Positions 1-16,830 of a stretch of 64,000 nt of DNA are shown piece by piece. Where the stretch lies: NCBI RefSeq assembly GCF_009914755.1, contig NC_060928.1. One strand, given 5' to 3'. The notes beneath the pieces were generated by a model. That model had not been told where the DNA came from and did not search any database. It worked only from the letters and a program-made list of their open reading frames with translations. Within the stretch, counting starts at the first letter, position 1; each line of letters opens with the position of its first letter. The translations under genes were made by a program, and so were the position numbers. The DNA comes from the human T2T-CHM13v2.0 reference genome, Homo sapiens.

Positions 1-899
1 TCATATGTCTTGTCCATCACAGAAAAAAAAAATGGCACCCAGTAAATTTTTCTGGTATATTTGGCAATCAAACACTATTTACATTGTCGTCAAATACTTT
101 ACTGTCTAGAATATATTTTGAGAAAAATGAATCGAATCTATTTTGATCACCTTTCATCACATAAAAATTTATAAGTGAAGTGGTTTTAAAATAAATTTGG
201 TGCTTCAATTTTCAGTCTTTATATTTTGTCCAGTGACCTCCTTTCTTTTAGAGAAGAAATGTGATCTAACTAAACTAATATTCTGAAAAGTTTGTTAAAT
301 TTATTCCCATTAAAGAATACATGAAAGGTTGAAATTTTAAGGGGTGTTATTTAGTGAAAAATAAAATATAATATTTTAAAATTCTACAATATCAGCTATA
401 AACTGTTTTTTGATAAGGCAAGGAAAGCACACTCCTTTGCTTCTTATTGTAATAAAGTTTATTTGATTTTTTTCCTTTTATTAGAAGTTAAGAGTTCATA
501 AAAGGGGGGGGAACTGTACAAAGAAAGGTTATATTGTGTTATCTTTGCAAAAGAATAATCCATAAAAACGTCATGTGTTTTATTTTATTTGTTAATATGT
601 TATTGGTGCTAACTTACTTATGATCTTATACTATGGGAACTCCTGTAGTTTTGTGTTTTGTTTCATTTTAAAAAGGGTATACTAGTTTCCATAACTGTAA
701 GAAACAGAGACTTCAGATTTTCCTAAAAACACTAGATTTAATAAGAAAAATTTAGAGATTTAAATTGGAACTTTGTGTTAAAAATAGTAACAATTCTTCA
801 CTATCTGTTTTAATTTTAAACTCTCTAAGTTTATTGCCCTAAGTTTGTGTTGTACATTTATTTTACTGACTCTATTTTTTATTGTAAAAATTACTCAGG

Positions 900-1187
900 G
901 CTTTGGGAGGCTGAGGTAGAAGGATTGCTTGAGGCCACAAGTTTTAGACCAGCCTGTGCAACACAGCAAGACCTTGTCTCTACAAAAAATAAAAATTAAA
1001 ATTAAAAAAAAAAACCAATTAGCCAATGTGGTGGCACATGCTTGTAGCCCTAGCTCCTTGAGAGGCTAAGGTGGGAGGATTGCTTGAGCAGAGTTAGAGG
1101 TTATGATGAGCTCTCTTCTGGCTACTGCATACGAGTCTAGGTGACAGAGCAAGACCCTGTCTTACAATAAATAAATAAATAAATAAA
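900..1187 (+). mobile_element. Old Alu (AluJ-like), 5'-truncated
   Basis: CTTTGGGAGGCTGAGG...GAGGCCACAAGTTTTAGACCAGCC left arm, A-rich linker, diverged right arm, (TAAA)n tail. Confidence 0.9.
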
Positions 1188-1288
1188 CAGATTATGGAAT
1201 AGCTCAAAGTCTTAAAGACTTTTAGGTATCAGGTGCCTTTGCTACTTCTGCTGGCTTGAGTTTCCTAGTGAGACTGCACAGTTGTTGC

Positions 1289-1332
1289 TGTGCGTACGTG
1301 CGTGCGTGTGTGTGTGTGCCTATGCGTATGTG
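1289..1332. repeat. (GTGC)n/(GT)n microsatellite
   Basis: tgtgcgtacgtgcgtgcgtgtgtgtgtgtg seen directly. Confidence 0.85.
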
Positions 1333-1399
1333 ATTTAGTAAGCAATTTCATCAAAATCTTAGAGATAATAAAATATTAAGATTCATACTGTAGCAACAA

Positions 1400-2205
1400 A
1401 TTTATCAGTGTAAATAAACAGATGCATTTCTTTTAAAACACATCTTGTCAAAACTGACATAAGAAGAAATAAAAAATTTGATTAGATTCAACTTCATTTA
1501 AGTAATTTAATCTGTTACAAAACTGTCTTACAAAGAAAACTCTGGATTGGATTCAGATGGATTATAGGGTGAGTTTTATCACAAAGTAAAGCTTGACATA
1601 GTAGATCTTACAAAACTTTCAGAAAATAAAGGAGAGAACACATGCTAACTTGTTCTATGAGGATGGAATGACCCTGGTACCAAAACTTGAGGATTATATC
1701 ACAAGAAAAATACAGACCAATATCACTCTGAAAAATAGACACTGTTTTTGCAAAATATCAGAAAATCAAATGCAACTATATGTAAATATCATATAATAAT
1801 ATATAATTTATCATATATTTAATAATTTATCATGACCAAGTTGAAATGTAATATTTTCTGTGTTTATTTGCTGTTTTTGGTAACATTTGAAAAATTTTCT
1901 TACTACATTAGTAGTTTAAAGAAGAAAAACTACTAGATCATGTGAGTACATATAGATAAATTCACTTTAGTTTATGTTTAAAAATAGCATTATTCTATTC
2001 TTACGAAGTTTAAGTCAAAATAATAGTATTACAAATCAGAATAAGATTGCCTTAAGAAGAGGGAACTTACTGAAATAGTCATAATGGGCCATTCTGGTAT
2101 GATGGAAATATTACTTATATTGATTAATGCAGTGGTTTATTAAAATGAAATTATAACCTTCAGGATGTGCAGCTTATACAAATTTCACCTTAATTTAAAA
2201 ATATA
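1400..2205 (+). mobile_element. Ancient L1M fragments (ORF2 piece, then L1ME-type 3' end)
   Basis: TTCTATGAGG...ACCCTGGTACCAAAAC...ATACAGACCAATATCACTC resembles L1 ORF2 (FYEA-ITLIPKP-YRPISL region); 2030-2205 resembles an L1ME 3' UTR. Confidence 0.7.
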
Positions 2206-2779
2206 AAATTAATGAATACAAAATAATTACAAAAATTCTGCACTATTTTTAATCACCTTTCGGATTCTGATTTCCTATGTTGTAATAAAAATGACAATGT
2301 TTATAAAAGTTCTTTGTAAGTTATAAAGTATTCAAAGTTGTTTAGCATTTTATCTCATTGCTATGTTTTATCAAGGTAATCAAATTTTATTAAGGACTTT
2401 TAGCTTATTCAAATATTTGCATTCTTGATGCATTTGGTAAATAACTTCAAACTTCTTTCCTATCTGTAACTGTGTGTATCATTAAAACTTTTCATATTCT
2501 TTAAATGTACAGTTGCTTTTAGAGTGTAACTTTAAGAGTTCTATATCTTGATCTTAGCACATACATTTATAAAAATTTCATAAATCGTATGAATTCATAA
2601 AAAATTAAATTTTTCCTTAGATGAAAGTTATCATTTCTTTTAAAATGATTATTACTTTCAAAATCTATTATACTGCCTGTCTGAACAGTGGGTTTTGTTG
2701 CTCTGAATATGGAGTTACATAAGCATTGTAATAAAAATATTTTTCAGAATTTTTAAATGTGGATTTTCAATAATTATTA

Positions 2780-3221
<442 letters not shown>

Positions 3222-4086
3222 CTAAATTTATTCTTTGAGTAGCTCTGGCTGTGAACAATATCCCCCAAATTGTTTTTCTCATCTCCTTTTCCACTCAATA
3301 GCATTACTTGCCTAAGTTAATTCTACTTAAGCTATTTAAGAACATTGTAAAATGTGAATATGAGAAGTCTCTGTTTCAGATGGAAGATAAACTATGTTTG
3401 TAATCTTAAGGCAAATCATTTACAGTAAAATATAATGTAATTCAATAAGCATATAATAATTTAAGAATGTCTATTGCAAACATAATTTTTTCACTCTATT
3501 TTAAAAGTTTTATTTATCTATTGCATTTTTAAATTCGTTGAGCTGGAAATACCATAGAACATTTGTCCTAATAGTTAAATTTATTTTCTTTTAATATCTT
3601 CTGTTCACAACAAGTAAATGCTTATTGAAATACATTTTCCAAATGGAAACTTGAATATATTTTATTGAATTGTACATTTATATATGTTTTTAAAAGTCCA
3701 TATTATTACCAAAATGTTCCTTATAAATATAGATTATTATTGATGTGTATTTCATATTGTACACCCAAGATAAATTTGATAGTTTATAACCAGATACATT
3801 CTATTAATGTGTTCTCTATAATCTTCTACTTTGGTTCTAATTAAATTCTACAAAAGCAAGAAGAGGATGTTAATAAGCAAATAGAGTAATACAGTGAAGA
3901 TTTCTGAAAAAAAAGGTTGTCTTATTTTCCCTTGAATATATTATTAATGCATATAAATGTTGGAGAAAATCATATTACTACCTAATATTGAAAAGATAAA
4001 AGATATTTTACTTCTGAGAAACCTTTTTACTGTCATTTTTATTTACTTTCAATTAAAAGAAATTGAGAAGAGGAAACACTATGACC

Positions 4087-4582
4087 TGTGGTAGATTGAT
4101 TGCAAAAATGGAATTTATTCTGCAGTCTTCTCTGATTCCTCATTTTGGGACATTCTTAGTCTTCTGCTCCATACATCATAAGGCAGATTCTATTTTCCTG
4201 CTCCTTGAATTTGATTTTTCCTGTGGCTTGCTATAGCTAATAGGGTGTGGAGGAAATAACATGGTGCCACTTACAATAATAGGCCTAAAAAGACTTCGGA
4301 ACCCTTCCTCTCCCATGAGTACAAGTTGATGTAAATCTATAGGAGGATGACAGACCACAGGAAGCAGAGCTAGTCATCTCAACCTAGGCCGTCCTAAATT
4401 AGTGAGACGCGAGCAGAGCCATTATCTGTTAACAGAGGAATGAATGAGCCCAGCCAAATCAAGGAAGCCTGCCCATATTAGTTAAAATTTCCAGAGTATC
4501 TGTATCTCATGAGGGAAAATAAGTGGTTGTTAAGTTACTAATTTTATAGTAGTTTGTTAGGCAACAACAGGTAATTGATATA
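4087..4582 (+). mobile_element. MLT1 (MaLR) solo LTR, MLT1G/H-like
   Basis: Starts TGTGGTAGATTG; ends ...AATAAGTGGTTGTTAAGTTACTAATTTT...TTTGTTAGGCAACAACAGGTAATTGATA, a typical MLT1 terminus. Confidence 0.75.
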
Positions 4583-4888
4583 CCATCATGTAATTAAATG
4601 TACTACAATAATTCTACTTCATTCAAAAAGTGAGTCACATAAATCTCTATCTTGAAGTTTTAAAAAAGATTGTATAGTTCTGTTTTTCATCTGCAACTGA
4701 TTTTTTATACAAGCTATAGTAGGAATTAATTTCTTAATGCAACTATAAGTTTTCCAAGCATGAATTACTTTGGAATCCATTATTTTCTCCACTGAACTGC
4801 AATTTCTACAATACCCCCATCCCTTATTATAAACCAAGTTATCATATATATATATATATATATACATACACACACACACACTCATATA

Positions 4889-5206
4889 CATATATCATGA
4901 GTATTGATGTGTATTTCATGTTGTATACCCAAGATAAATTTGATAGTTTATAACCAGATACATTCTGTTAATGTGTTCTCTATAATCTTATACTTTGTCT
5001 TTTTGAACATTGAGTGTAATATTTTATACAGGTTTTTATGTAGATACATTTTATCAGATTTGGATAGTTTCCTTCCATTCCCAGCTTAAAAGTTTTGATC
5101 ATGAATTTGATCATATATCATGAGTATATGTATATAAGTGTGTGTGTGTGTATATGTATAAAGTAAGAAGGACACACACTTATATACATATACTCATGAT
5201 ATATGT
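4889..5206. repeat. Composite local duplication (copies of 3738-3833 and 6562-6672) with flanking direct and inverted repeats
   Basis: Alignment by eye: 4902-4997 matches 3738-3833 (4 mismatches); 4995-5105 matches 6562-6672 (4 mismatches). Confidence 0.92.
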
Positions 5207-5720
5207 ATATGAGTGTGTGTGTATATGTGTGTATATATATGTATATATATGTCTGGATTCTATAAAGTTTTTTATTGTCCTTTTTACTTACTTCTGTGCC
5301 ACTGCTACATACCTTAAATACTAGAGGTCTTTATAGATGTTGATATCTAGTAGGAGAAGTTCCCCAAAATTAGTTCTTTTTCTTTAGAATTACCTCAGTA
5401 ATATTTAATCTTTTGCTCCTCCCTGTAAATTTTGGAATCCTATTATTGAATTTTGTGAAGGACCTTGTTGAAACTTTCTAATTTGAAAATGTAAATTAAT
5501 TTTGATAGTATGATAACTCCATGGAATTGGATATTTTTGTTCAAGAAATTTCCATTTCCATTTATTTAAATCATTTTTTATGTCTTTGAAAAAAAAGTTA
5601 GTTTACTGCTAAAACATAATTCATACTTTTACTGGAATTATTCTGAGATGCTATACATTTTAACTACTGAATTACAAGTATTTTTGTATTATATTTGCTA
5701 AGTGAGTATTATTGTGAAAG

Positions 5721-6220
5721 CATATTAGTCAGAGTTTATCAGAGAAACAGAACCAATAGAATATATAATAAATAAGAGATTTATTATAAGGAAATAGCCC
5801 ATATAATTATGGAGACTGTAAAGTCAAACAATCTGCAAGCCAGAGATCCAACAAATCTAGTGATATAGTTCAAAAGCCTGAGAACAAGAGGGCTGATGGT
5901 ATAAATTGCAGTCCAAGTCTAAAGGCCTAAGAATTAAGAACATCAAAGGCAGGAGAAGATTGATGTCCCAACTAAAGCAGTCAAGCAGAGAGTGTGTAAG
6001 TCTACTCTTCCTGCGTAGTTTTGTTCTACTGAGGTCCTCAATGAATTGAATGATGCCCACCCACATTGGGGAGGTCAATCTGTTTTACTCAAGTCCACCA
6101 ATTCAAATGCCAGTCTCACCTGGAACTCTGTCCTCACAGATACTCCCAGAAATGATGCTTAATTAGATATCTAGCCATTCCATGGTCCAGTTAAGTTGAT
6201 ATATAAAGTTAACCATCACA
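5721..6220 (-). mobile_element. MLT2 (ERVL) solo LTR
   Basis: TATTAGTCAGAGTTTATCAGAGAAACAGAACCAATAG start and AAGTTGATATATAAAGTTAACCATCACA end are antisense MLT2 termini. Confidence 0.88.
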
Positions 6221-7339
6221 GAAAAATCACAATTAAAACTTTTAAATTCAATTTTAAAATTTACACCAGCAAAATTGCCAGATTTTTTTATTTCTGTAAA
6301 TTCTCTAGATTCTGTTCAAATATTTATTTAGATGATTGTGAAATCCAAATAATAGCTGTTTTTCTTCTCATTCCACATATATATATTTATTCTCTTATAT
6401 TTAAATATATAAAATACATATATAAGCCCATTCATATATGTGTATACATATGTATATATGGAATGAAAATATAACTATATATATTTGCTGTTACTGGTTA
6501 TTACATCGCTAGGTAGGACTTTCAAGAGTATGCTGAATAAGCATAGTGTTAGTAAACATCCTTGTCTTTTTCAACATTGAGTGTAAAATTTTATACAGGT
6601 TTTTATGTAGGTACATTTTATCAGATTTGGATAGTTTCCTTCCATTCCCAGCTTAAGAGTTTTGATCATGAAAACTGTTGAATTTTATTGTATGCTTATT
6701 CTGCAATTACCAAAATAATTATATGTTGGCTTTGATTTGGGAACAGTTTCTTTAGGATTTTTGCATCTATGTTTATGATTGAGATAGATTGTAATTTTTT
6801 CATAGGTCTCATTCAGATTGTGAAATTAAGATTAGCCTCATATAATGCATTTAAGATGGATTTTCCCTTTCACTTTTCTTGGGAAATAATAGTAAAAAGA
6901 AAAAAACTTTTTGACACTTGATTATTTAGTATTGGTCTCCTAAAAAGTCATGTAGGACTGCTTTGTTTTGAGGACTAGATTTTTTAACTATTATTTAAAT
7001 GTAGTGATTACAGATACCCTCATATTTCCTATTTCTTCTGAAGTAATATTTCTTAATATGTTCTACAATTGTTCATTTTTAGTATTCAATTTAGTTTTAT
7101 ATAGTTTTAATTTTATTTTTTCTAATTTATTATATTCCAGTATTAGTGATACCTCTATTACATTCCTAGTACTTTTAAAGTTTGCTTTCTTTCTTTTCCT
7201 TAGCATAGTACAGAAGCTTGCCAATGTTATTACTGTTTCACATAATTTTTTTTATCTCCTCGATTTGTTTTTCTGTTTATTCATTTATTTTCTTATATTT
7301 CTTCTTCTTCTTCCACTTTCTTTGAGGTTATTTTGTTGT

Positions 7340-7482
7340 TATATGTGTGTATACAATATATATTTATGCATGCATCTATACATGCATATATTTATACATG
7401 TATACATATAATATATATATTTAATGCATATATACACAAATATACATACATACAAGTGTATGCACACATATAGAGAGCATAT
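7340..7482. repeat. Degenerate (TA)/(CA)/(TG) low-complexity tract
   Basis: Alternating purine-pyrimidine tract seen directly. Confidence 0.8.
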
Positions 7483-7484
7483 GT

Positions 7485-8053
7485 ACTTCCTAAAATGTAT
7501 TTGTAATACCAAAATCCGCACTTGTGGAACTTTTGTAGTCATTCAAGCGCATGCACAGAGTAGTGAAAAATTTCAATCACTCAACATACACATTCCTAGA
7601 TGAAGTTAAAGAAGATACTCTGCCTTCTTGTTTAAATTTTCATACTGTAAGCAGGTGTCTTTTATGTGACCTATAGAATGCCATGTTTTTTTATATTTTT
7701 GTGCTTTTAATTGGTTAGTTCATCACTGTTTAAGTGGCCGCCAGGCATAGAGTTGAGTTGCTGTCTAGTGTTTGTAGGCACAAGAAGATTGTGATGTGCC
7801 TTGTAGGGAAAAATACTTGTGTTACATAAGGCTTGAATTATAGTGCTATTGGTTGTGAGTTCAATGTTAATCAATCAAAAATATATATTAAGTAAACAGA
7901 AGCACACATAAATAAAGCTCTCTACTAATCAGTAGATGAAAATATGACCAGAATCTCTCATCATGAACCTACCTCTGTACTTTTCCCAGGAGCAATGCTT
8001 CAGTATTTGCTAATTTAGTGATCACACCACCATGAAAATATTAGAATCAACTA
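7485..8053 (+). mobile_element. MER82 (TcMar-Tigger) non-autonomous DNA transposon
   Basis: CTCTGCCTTCTTGTTT, GCTGTCTAGTGTT...AAGAAGATTGTGATGTGCCTT, GTGAGTTCAATGTTAATCAATCAA and CCCAGGAGCAATGCTTCAGTATTTGCTAAT match the recalled MER82 consensus. Confidence 0.85.
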
Positions 8054-9864
8054 TACTCTTACATTTATGCACACATACATGTGTGTATTACATACATCTA
8101 ATTTCTAGTTATCTCTATTGCCTTAATTTCCACATAATTAGGATTAACTTTGTATGTCTTTTGTAATACTCTAAGAATTTATTTTATTTTATATCTTATT
8201 TATTTTTTCACCTTATTATTGGTTTACTTAGACTTCACCTTGACTTAGAAAAGAGTGAAGGCAATTTACATAAATGTATACATAATAATATAAAACTAAA
8301 AATAAGGGAAACAACTCAGGGGTGTATAAATGCTGATCCTTTAATAGTATTCATGCCTTTTGACTTAATAACGTTGTTAGAAATGGAAAAATAACTAGTG
8401 AGTACTAGGTGTAATAACTAGGTGATGATAATTTATTACATAAAATATTTAACAAACATGTTAAGAATGTTAAGTTTTAAGCTAGCTAATTTGAATATCT
8501 TTTGCAAAGTATCATTTTGGCTAATTTTGATAGAAAAAAAATAACAATTTTGAAGATGTCCTCATCCTTTATGAGCTTTTTTCACATTCTTTTATTTTTT
8601 TTTCAAGTTCTATATGTAATATCTATACTAAGTTTCTATTGAGAATTTTGGATTTATATCAGACTTATGATTCTAACTATATTGCTTAGTGTAAGAAACC
8701 TTATTTAGTCTATCCATTTCTGAGTGCCTTATTATAAATTGAACTATAAATTGATTATGAAATACCATAAGAAACATTTATTTGTGGTTGTGATAAGATT
8801 TGGGGAAGTGGCACTAAATTCACACTTCTCTTCCTTAGTATATATGCATTTTTACCTTGTCTTTCTGACCACAAACCTCAGAGTATTTGAATGTTGCTTT
8901 TTCATTTCAGTGATCCTGCAGGTCAGAACCAGTCTTACTTCATATCTTATACAACAACTTTGGGAGAACTGAGATACCAAATTACCTTCCAAATTATACT
9001 TTAGTGCAGGAGGTAAGAAGTGAAAAGGACTAATCTGGCATTACAGGAGGTGTGTGATGTAGCATTTTCTCCCTTGTCACTCTGTTGCATTTCATCTTTT
9101 AGATATCGATGGCATTTGTTCACTTCATGTTATATCTTTTGTCATCAGGCTTTTGAGACAATTATGATGCCTGTGGATTAATCACCTAAGGTTTTCCAGT
9201 TTATTTTATAATTTATGGTGATATCTGAAAGGTGATAATTAAAAATCTAATCATATTCGATGTCTAAAATAGACTCTACAAAATAATGGCAAGTTGTTTT
9301 GCTAGTTTCCACTGTCTGTACTTCAGGAGATAGTTTCAGGATTTCAGATCAGATTTGGTTTGTCAAAAAAATTTCAATATTGTTATTATCCCCATTGTCC
9401 TCTTTCCATTCGTGATTTAAAGAAATACAGTAATATATTTTATTTTCATTTACCTAACATAATGGGTAGAAAGCAATTTTATACAGTATTAGTTAATTGT
9501 CATGGAAACAGATTTTCTTTAACCCATACATAAGGGCATTTAAAAGATGAAAAGAAGTGTAGAAAGCCTGAAAAACTGTTTCGTCTACTGATAATGCAGC
9601 AAGTTATAGCCTGAATGACATTTTCTTGGGTTATTTGGATATAGTGTTTGTATTCTTAGAAGATTGGAAATATGTTGTTAGCCACATCATGGAAGTGTTT
9701 TCCACATCTATCCTTGTTATTGTTTTTAAGTATTTAAAAATGTTATTTTTAGTTAAGAGATTATTTTTTGTTAGAGTTTCAACCTTTTTGTTCTGATTAA
9801 ATTAATTAAGTTTTCATTTAGAAGCTATACTGGAAAGTGGTCAGTTGTAAACAAAAGAATGCGT

Positions 9865-10292
9865 TATAGTCTGTTTAAGCTAAGAAATGACTTAATACAG
9901 GAAGTTATGTGGTTAAATAGTTGTTGGAATGTCAAAAGTCAGTATCTAGGCTAAGGTTTTAGGAAAATTTTTAGCACCCAGATATATTCTGGCTCTGCCA
10001 AAATCAGTAAAACTGCTCCATCACTGCAGAAAATGATGAATCAAGAATCTGCTAGCTTCAGACCATTCCACCACAGCCATGATCTGTGTTAGCCAAATGG
10101 ATGTTCTATATTCTTAGCTTTCTTTTACCTGACCTAAATCTTGAAAATGCATCTGATTGCTATACAGTACATTATATTCAAAACTCTAGATGAAAAGAAA
10201 TCTTTGGTATGCACTTTTTCCTGTCTGTAATCTGCTCCTGAGATATTGCAGGAATAGATGTTGGATGAGCCAATTCCCAGTATTTGCCACAG
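9865..10292 (-). mobile_element. Ancient ERVL-type LTR fragment
   Basis: Ends ...CAGTATTTGCCACA and is followed by ERVL-like internal sequence; family uncertain. Confidence 0.4.
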
Positions 10293-11635
10293 TCGACAGC
10301 TATTCAACAACCACACATAGCACGCATACTCTGCTTCTTGTGCTTACAAACTGAACAACAATTACAGCAACAGCCTACTACCAACTAAACTAACATCAGC
10401 AGTTCACTGAATGTTCTTATCCTATTCTTCAGGGGAGACAACTCATCTGTCACATTTATATATCTGGGTGTTTTTAATTCTCCATTTATTTCAGTCACAA
10501 TCTATCCTCAATTTTTTGCAATCTATGAAATAAAAGTTAAATTTAAATACCACTAGCCCATCCTATATAGAATAATACTGTAAAATGGGAAGGGAAAAGA
10601 AAGAATTAGTAAAATTATATAATTATATACTAAAATTACAAAACAGTGGGTAGTTCATATGGTCTTCGTTTTCACAACAACCATGAGACCATAATTTGCA
10701 TGTATGATAATTTTTTTGCACATGTTCCATGCATTTTTTTTGTCCCCACTCAGAATCTTTGCTGAACTGGGTTCTTTATCTCACTAAATGACCTAGGTTA
10801 TTTTATATTGATATCATATTAATAGGTTTTACCATTAGGTAGAGAGCTAATAGTTCCCCCTCCATGCTCCCTTTGTGTAGGAGGAACCTCACTTTTCTGT
10901 GATGATCTGAATAATTCTCCCCACGAACACATCAACTTTTTTTGTTTCTTGTTTGCTCTAATAGCCCCTATACCATAGTGCTGCATCAGGGGCTTAGCAC
11001 TTGTCTGATCTGTAGGTTGGCACACTGAAATATCAGTTTTGGCACTAGTGTAACCTATCTTGATGAAGAGAAGGTTCTGTAAAGTCCAAGTATAAATCTC
11101 TACCCCTGCCAGCATGTCCTCTTTTTCTCTGAGCTCCTTTAGTGACCTGGGAAGCTGTAGAGAGAAGAAGAAGAATTTCCACAGAGGTCTACTCAAATAT
11201 CTTAAGTGTTTTTCTAAGGTGAGAATTCACACAAGACACAACTTCTCACACTCATCCTATTTGGAGTGTCCTATCAGCACAGCTTCTCCTTTTCACTCAT
11301 CTTTCAGTCATGTTCTTTCCAGGTCTTTGTCTATAAAGCCTAATTATAAACATATGCTCATGAAATCAGAAAAGTTCCATACATCTAACCACTTATCTTT
11401 CTAGGAAAAGTGAATAATTGTATGTTCTGCTTGAAATTCTGCCTTTTGGAAATATTTCCTTCCCTCTCAGTTTCCCAGCATCACCTTCAGTGGGATTATA
11501 ATGCTACACAACCATGCTTTAGTATTTTCTTACCCACTGTGGCAGGTTCCATTTTTAGCTTCAATTTTAATTCTTCACTGCTTCATGAACAAGATTCATG
11601 GCCATGTTACTTTTTAAATTACTCTCACTAAGCCA
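10293..11635 (-). mobile_element. ERVL/MaLR internal remnant with integrase-N-terminal-like sequence
   Basis: ORF 10819-11196(-) segment WTLQNLLFIKIGYTSAKTDISVCQ resembles recalled ERVL pol WAQQHGLPLTKADLATATAECPICQ. Confidence 0.55.
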
Positions 11636-11689
11636 TCAGAGTATGAGTCTTTACTCATTTTCTTAGATCTTTCTTTGTGTCTTTGCCCA

Positions 11690-12000
11690 ATAGAATGCAG
11701 CTGAAGTGCTGATGTTCTAGTTCTGACCAAGGTCTTACATATTTCCATATACTTTCTCGCACCTTTGTCATTACCATGAGGAATATGGTGAAGCTTCCCT
11801 GGACAGCGAAGCCTGAAGCTGAATGCCCCATCTAGCTGCAGTGAGAATAAAATTCACCTAACTGAGCATAGAAAACATCAGCTAAATCTCAAGACCCAAA
11901 TATACAGATTTGTGTGCAATAATGAGTGATTATTATTGAAAACCACTTCATTTTAGAGTTAGATGCACAGCATTATTGTGGCAATAGCTACACAATATAC
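11690..12000 (+). mobile_element. MLT1 (H/I/J-like) LTR, 3' part
   Basis: Ends AAAACCACTTCATTTTAGAG...CAGCATTATTGTGGCAATAGCTA, an MLT1 terminus. Confidence 0.7.
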
Positions 12001-12134
12001 TCAGTAGCAAGATGGAAGGGAAGTCTTTATGAAATCATAATCGTGAGTTAAGGAAAGGGTGTTAGTGCAGCAGGACTGAGTGAAATAAGAGTTGGGTCAC
12101 TGAGTAAAAACATACTTATAAGGATAAAGTTAGA

Positions 12135-15585
<3,451 letters not shown>

Positions 15586-16404
15586 GAAGCAAACAAAAAT
15601 ATGTCTGAATATATGTTTACTGCAGATATCTGGTAATAAAGCTGTACTTGTAATGAAATTCTGATAACCTTTTTTGGAAAAAGCTACTAATCAAACTTTG
15701 GAATCTATTGATATCAGGAAACATTTGGAGGCTAGTCTAATCCAAACTGTCTTCTTTTTGTTTTCCAAATAAGACTTCGGATTCGTGAGCATCCTTGTAT
15801 TAAGAATTATTGTGTAGTTTTAGTAAAAATTACACTAAGAAGCTCATCATACATATTCCCAGTCTGATTACTCCAAATTAAGGTATCCTATACAATACTT
15901 AGCACCGATATTAAAGAGATAATTTAGGAGTTTGAAATTCCATCTCCATGACTTCTCTTAGTAAGCCAAAACTGGAACACTATTATCAACTTTATTGTAA
16001 ATATTAAAATAGTTTTGATCAAAATATTTAAGAAATTATTTTTAGGTGGTCATAGAAACTCCCTGCTTTTTTGAACTTTCTTAGGATTGAAACATAAAGA
16101 TATGACTTTCTTTCTTTAAGCTCTATAGCACAATCATAAGAAGCTTCCAAACACAGAGTCAGTATATTCATTGTCAATCTTATTCTATTTTGGTAGCCTC
16201 ATGATCCATCAAAACCTTGACTTCAATAGGTATTTCATACCAACTAGCAGTTGTTACTGTAAGTAATTGATTCCCTGGTCTGTGATATGATATCATAAAA
16301 TTATGTCCCATCTGCTAATATTAACTTGATTTTCATTAGTATCAAACCAATCAGATCAAAGAAGCAACCACAGCTTCTTCTTTTTCTAAAGCTGAGTGGC
16401 CACA

Positions 16405-16830
16405 AACATTTTTCATACCACTGTGTGGTTTAGATTATGCAGAAAGTATTAATAGGAGGATATAAAATTATTGAAGGGGCTAGAGGAGCAAGTTCTAGAC
16501 TGAACTTACTTGAAGCTAAGTTAAGCCAGTCCTTTTGCTACTGCCACATATGGGAAAGCTGCTGCTGCTACTTTAGGAACAACCTATGCAAGAGAGTGAG
16601 GCTATCACCATTGCAGCCAGACATGTGATCTAGAAAAATAATGTCATTGCTGTAGTAAGCTGTGGATTCAGGAAGCTTCTAACTTCAGAACTATTCCATA
16701 ACTGTTTGGACCAAATTTAGTAAAATAAATATTCTTCACCCTTTCTCTCTTTCACATACCTTAATTCTGAATTGGTAGAACTGGATTCAGAATTCAAATT
16801 TTAAGGAGATTGAAAAGAATATTGAGCAAA
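16405..16830 (-). mobile_element. Probable ancient LTR fragment
   Basis: General resemblance to the old ERVL-type LTR pieces at 9865 and 36985; family not assignable. Confidence 0.3.

Larger units (their letters stand above)
4620..7330 (-). mobile_element. Ancient L1M ORF2 remnant, interrupted by a templated insert (about 4841-5250) and an MLT2 LTR
   Basis: Antisense ORF2 phrases: GCTAGGTAGGACTTTCAAGAGTATGCTGAATAAG, GGATTTTTGCATCTATGTTTATG, GCCTCATATAATG. Confidence 0.7.

Noticed and set aside
445-485. AATAAA followed by a T-rich tract (possible poly-A site)
   Set aside because: The hexamer is common at this AT content and no upstream exon is visible in the window
4619-7542. Y/I/C/V-rich and F/L-rich ORFs (4619, 5142, 6196, 6968, 7339; also 46331, 62709)
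   Set aside because: Products of TA/TG microsatellites and T-rich antisense L1; the hydrophobicity is compositional
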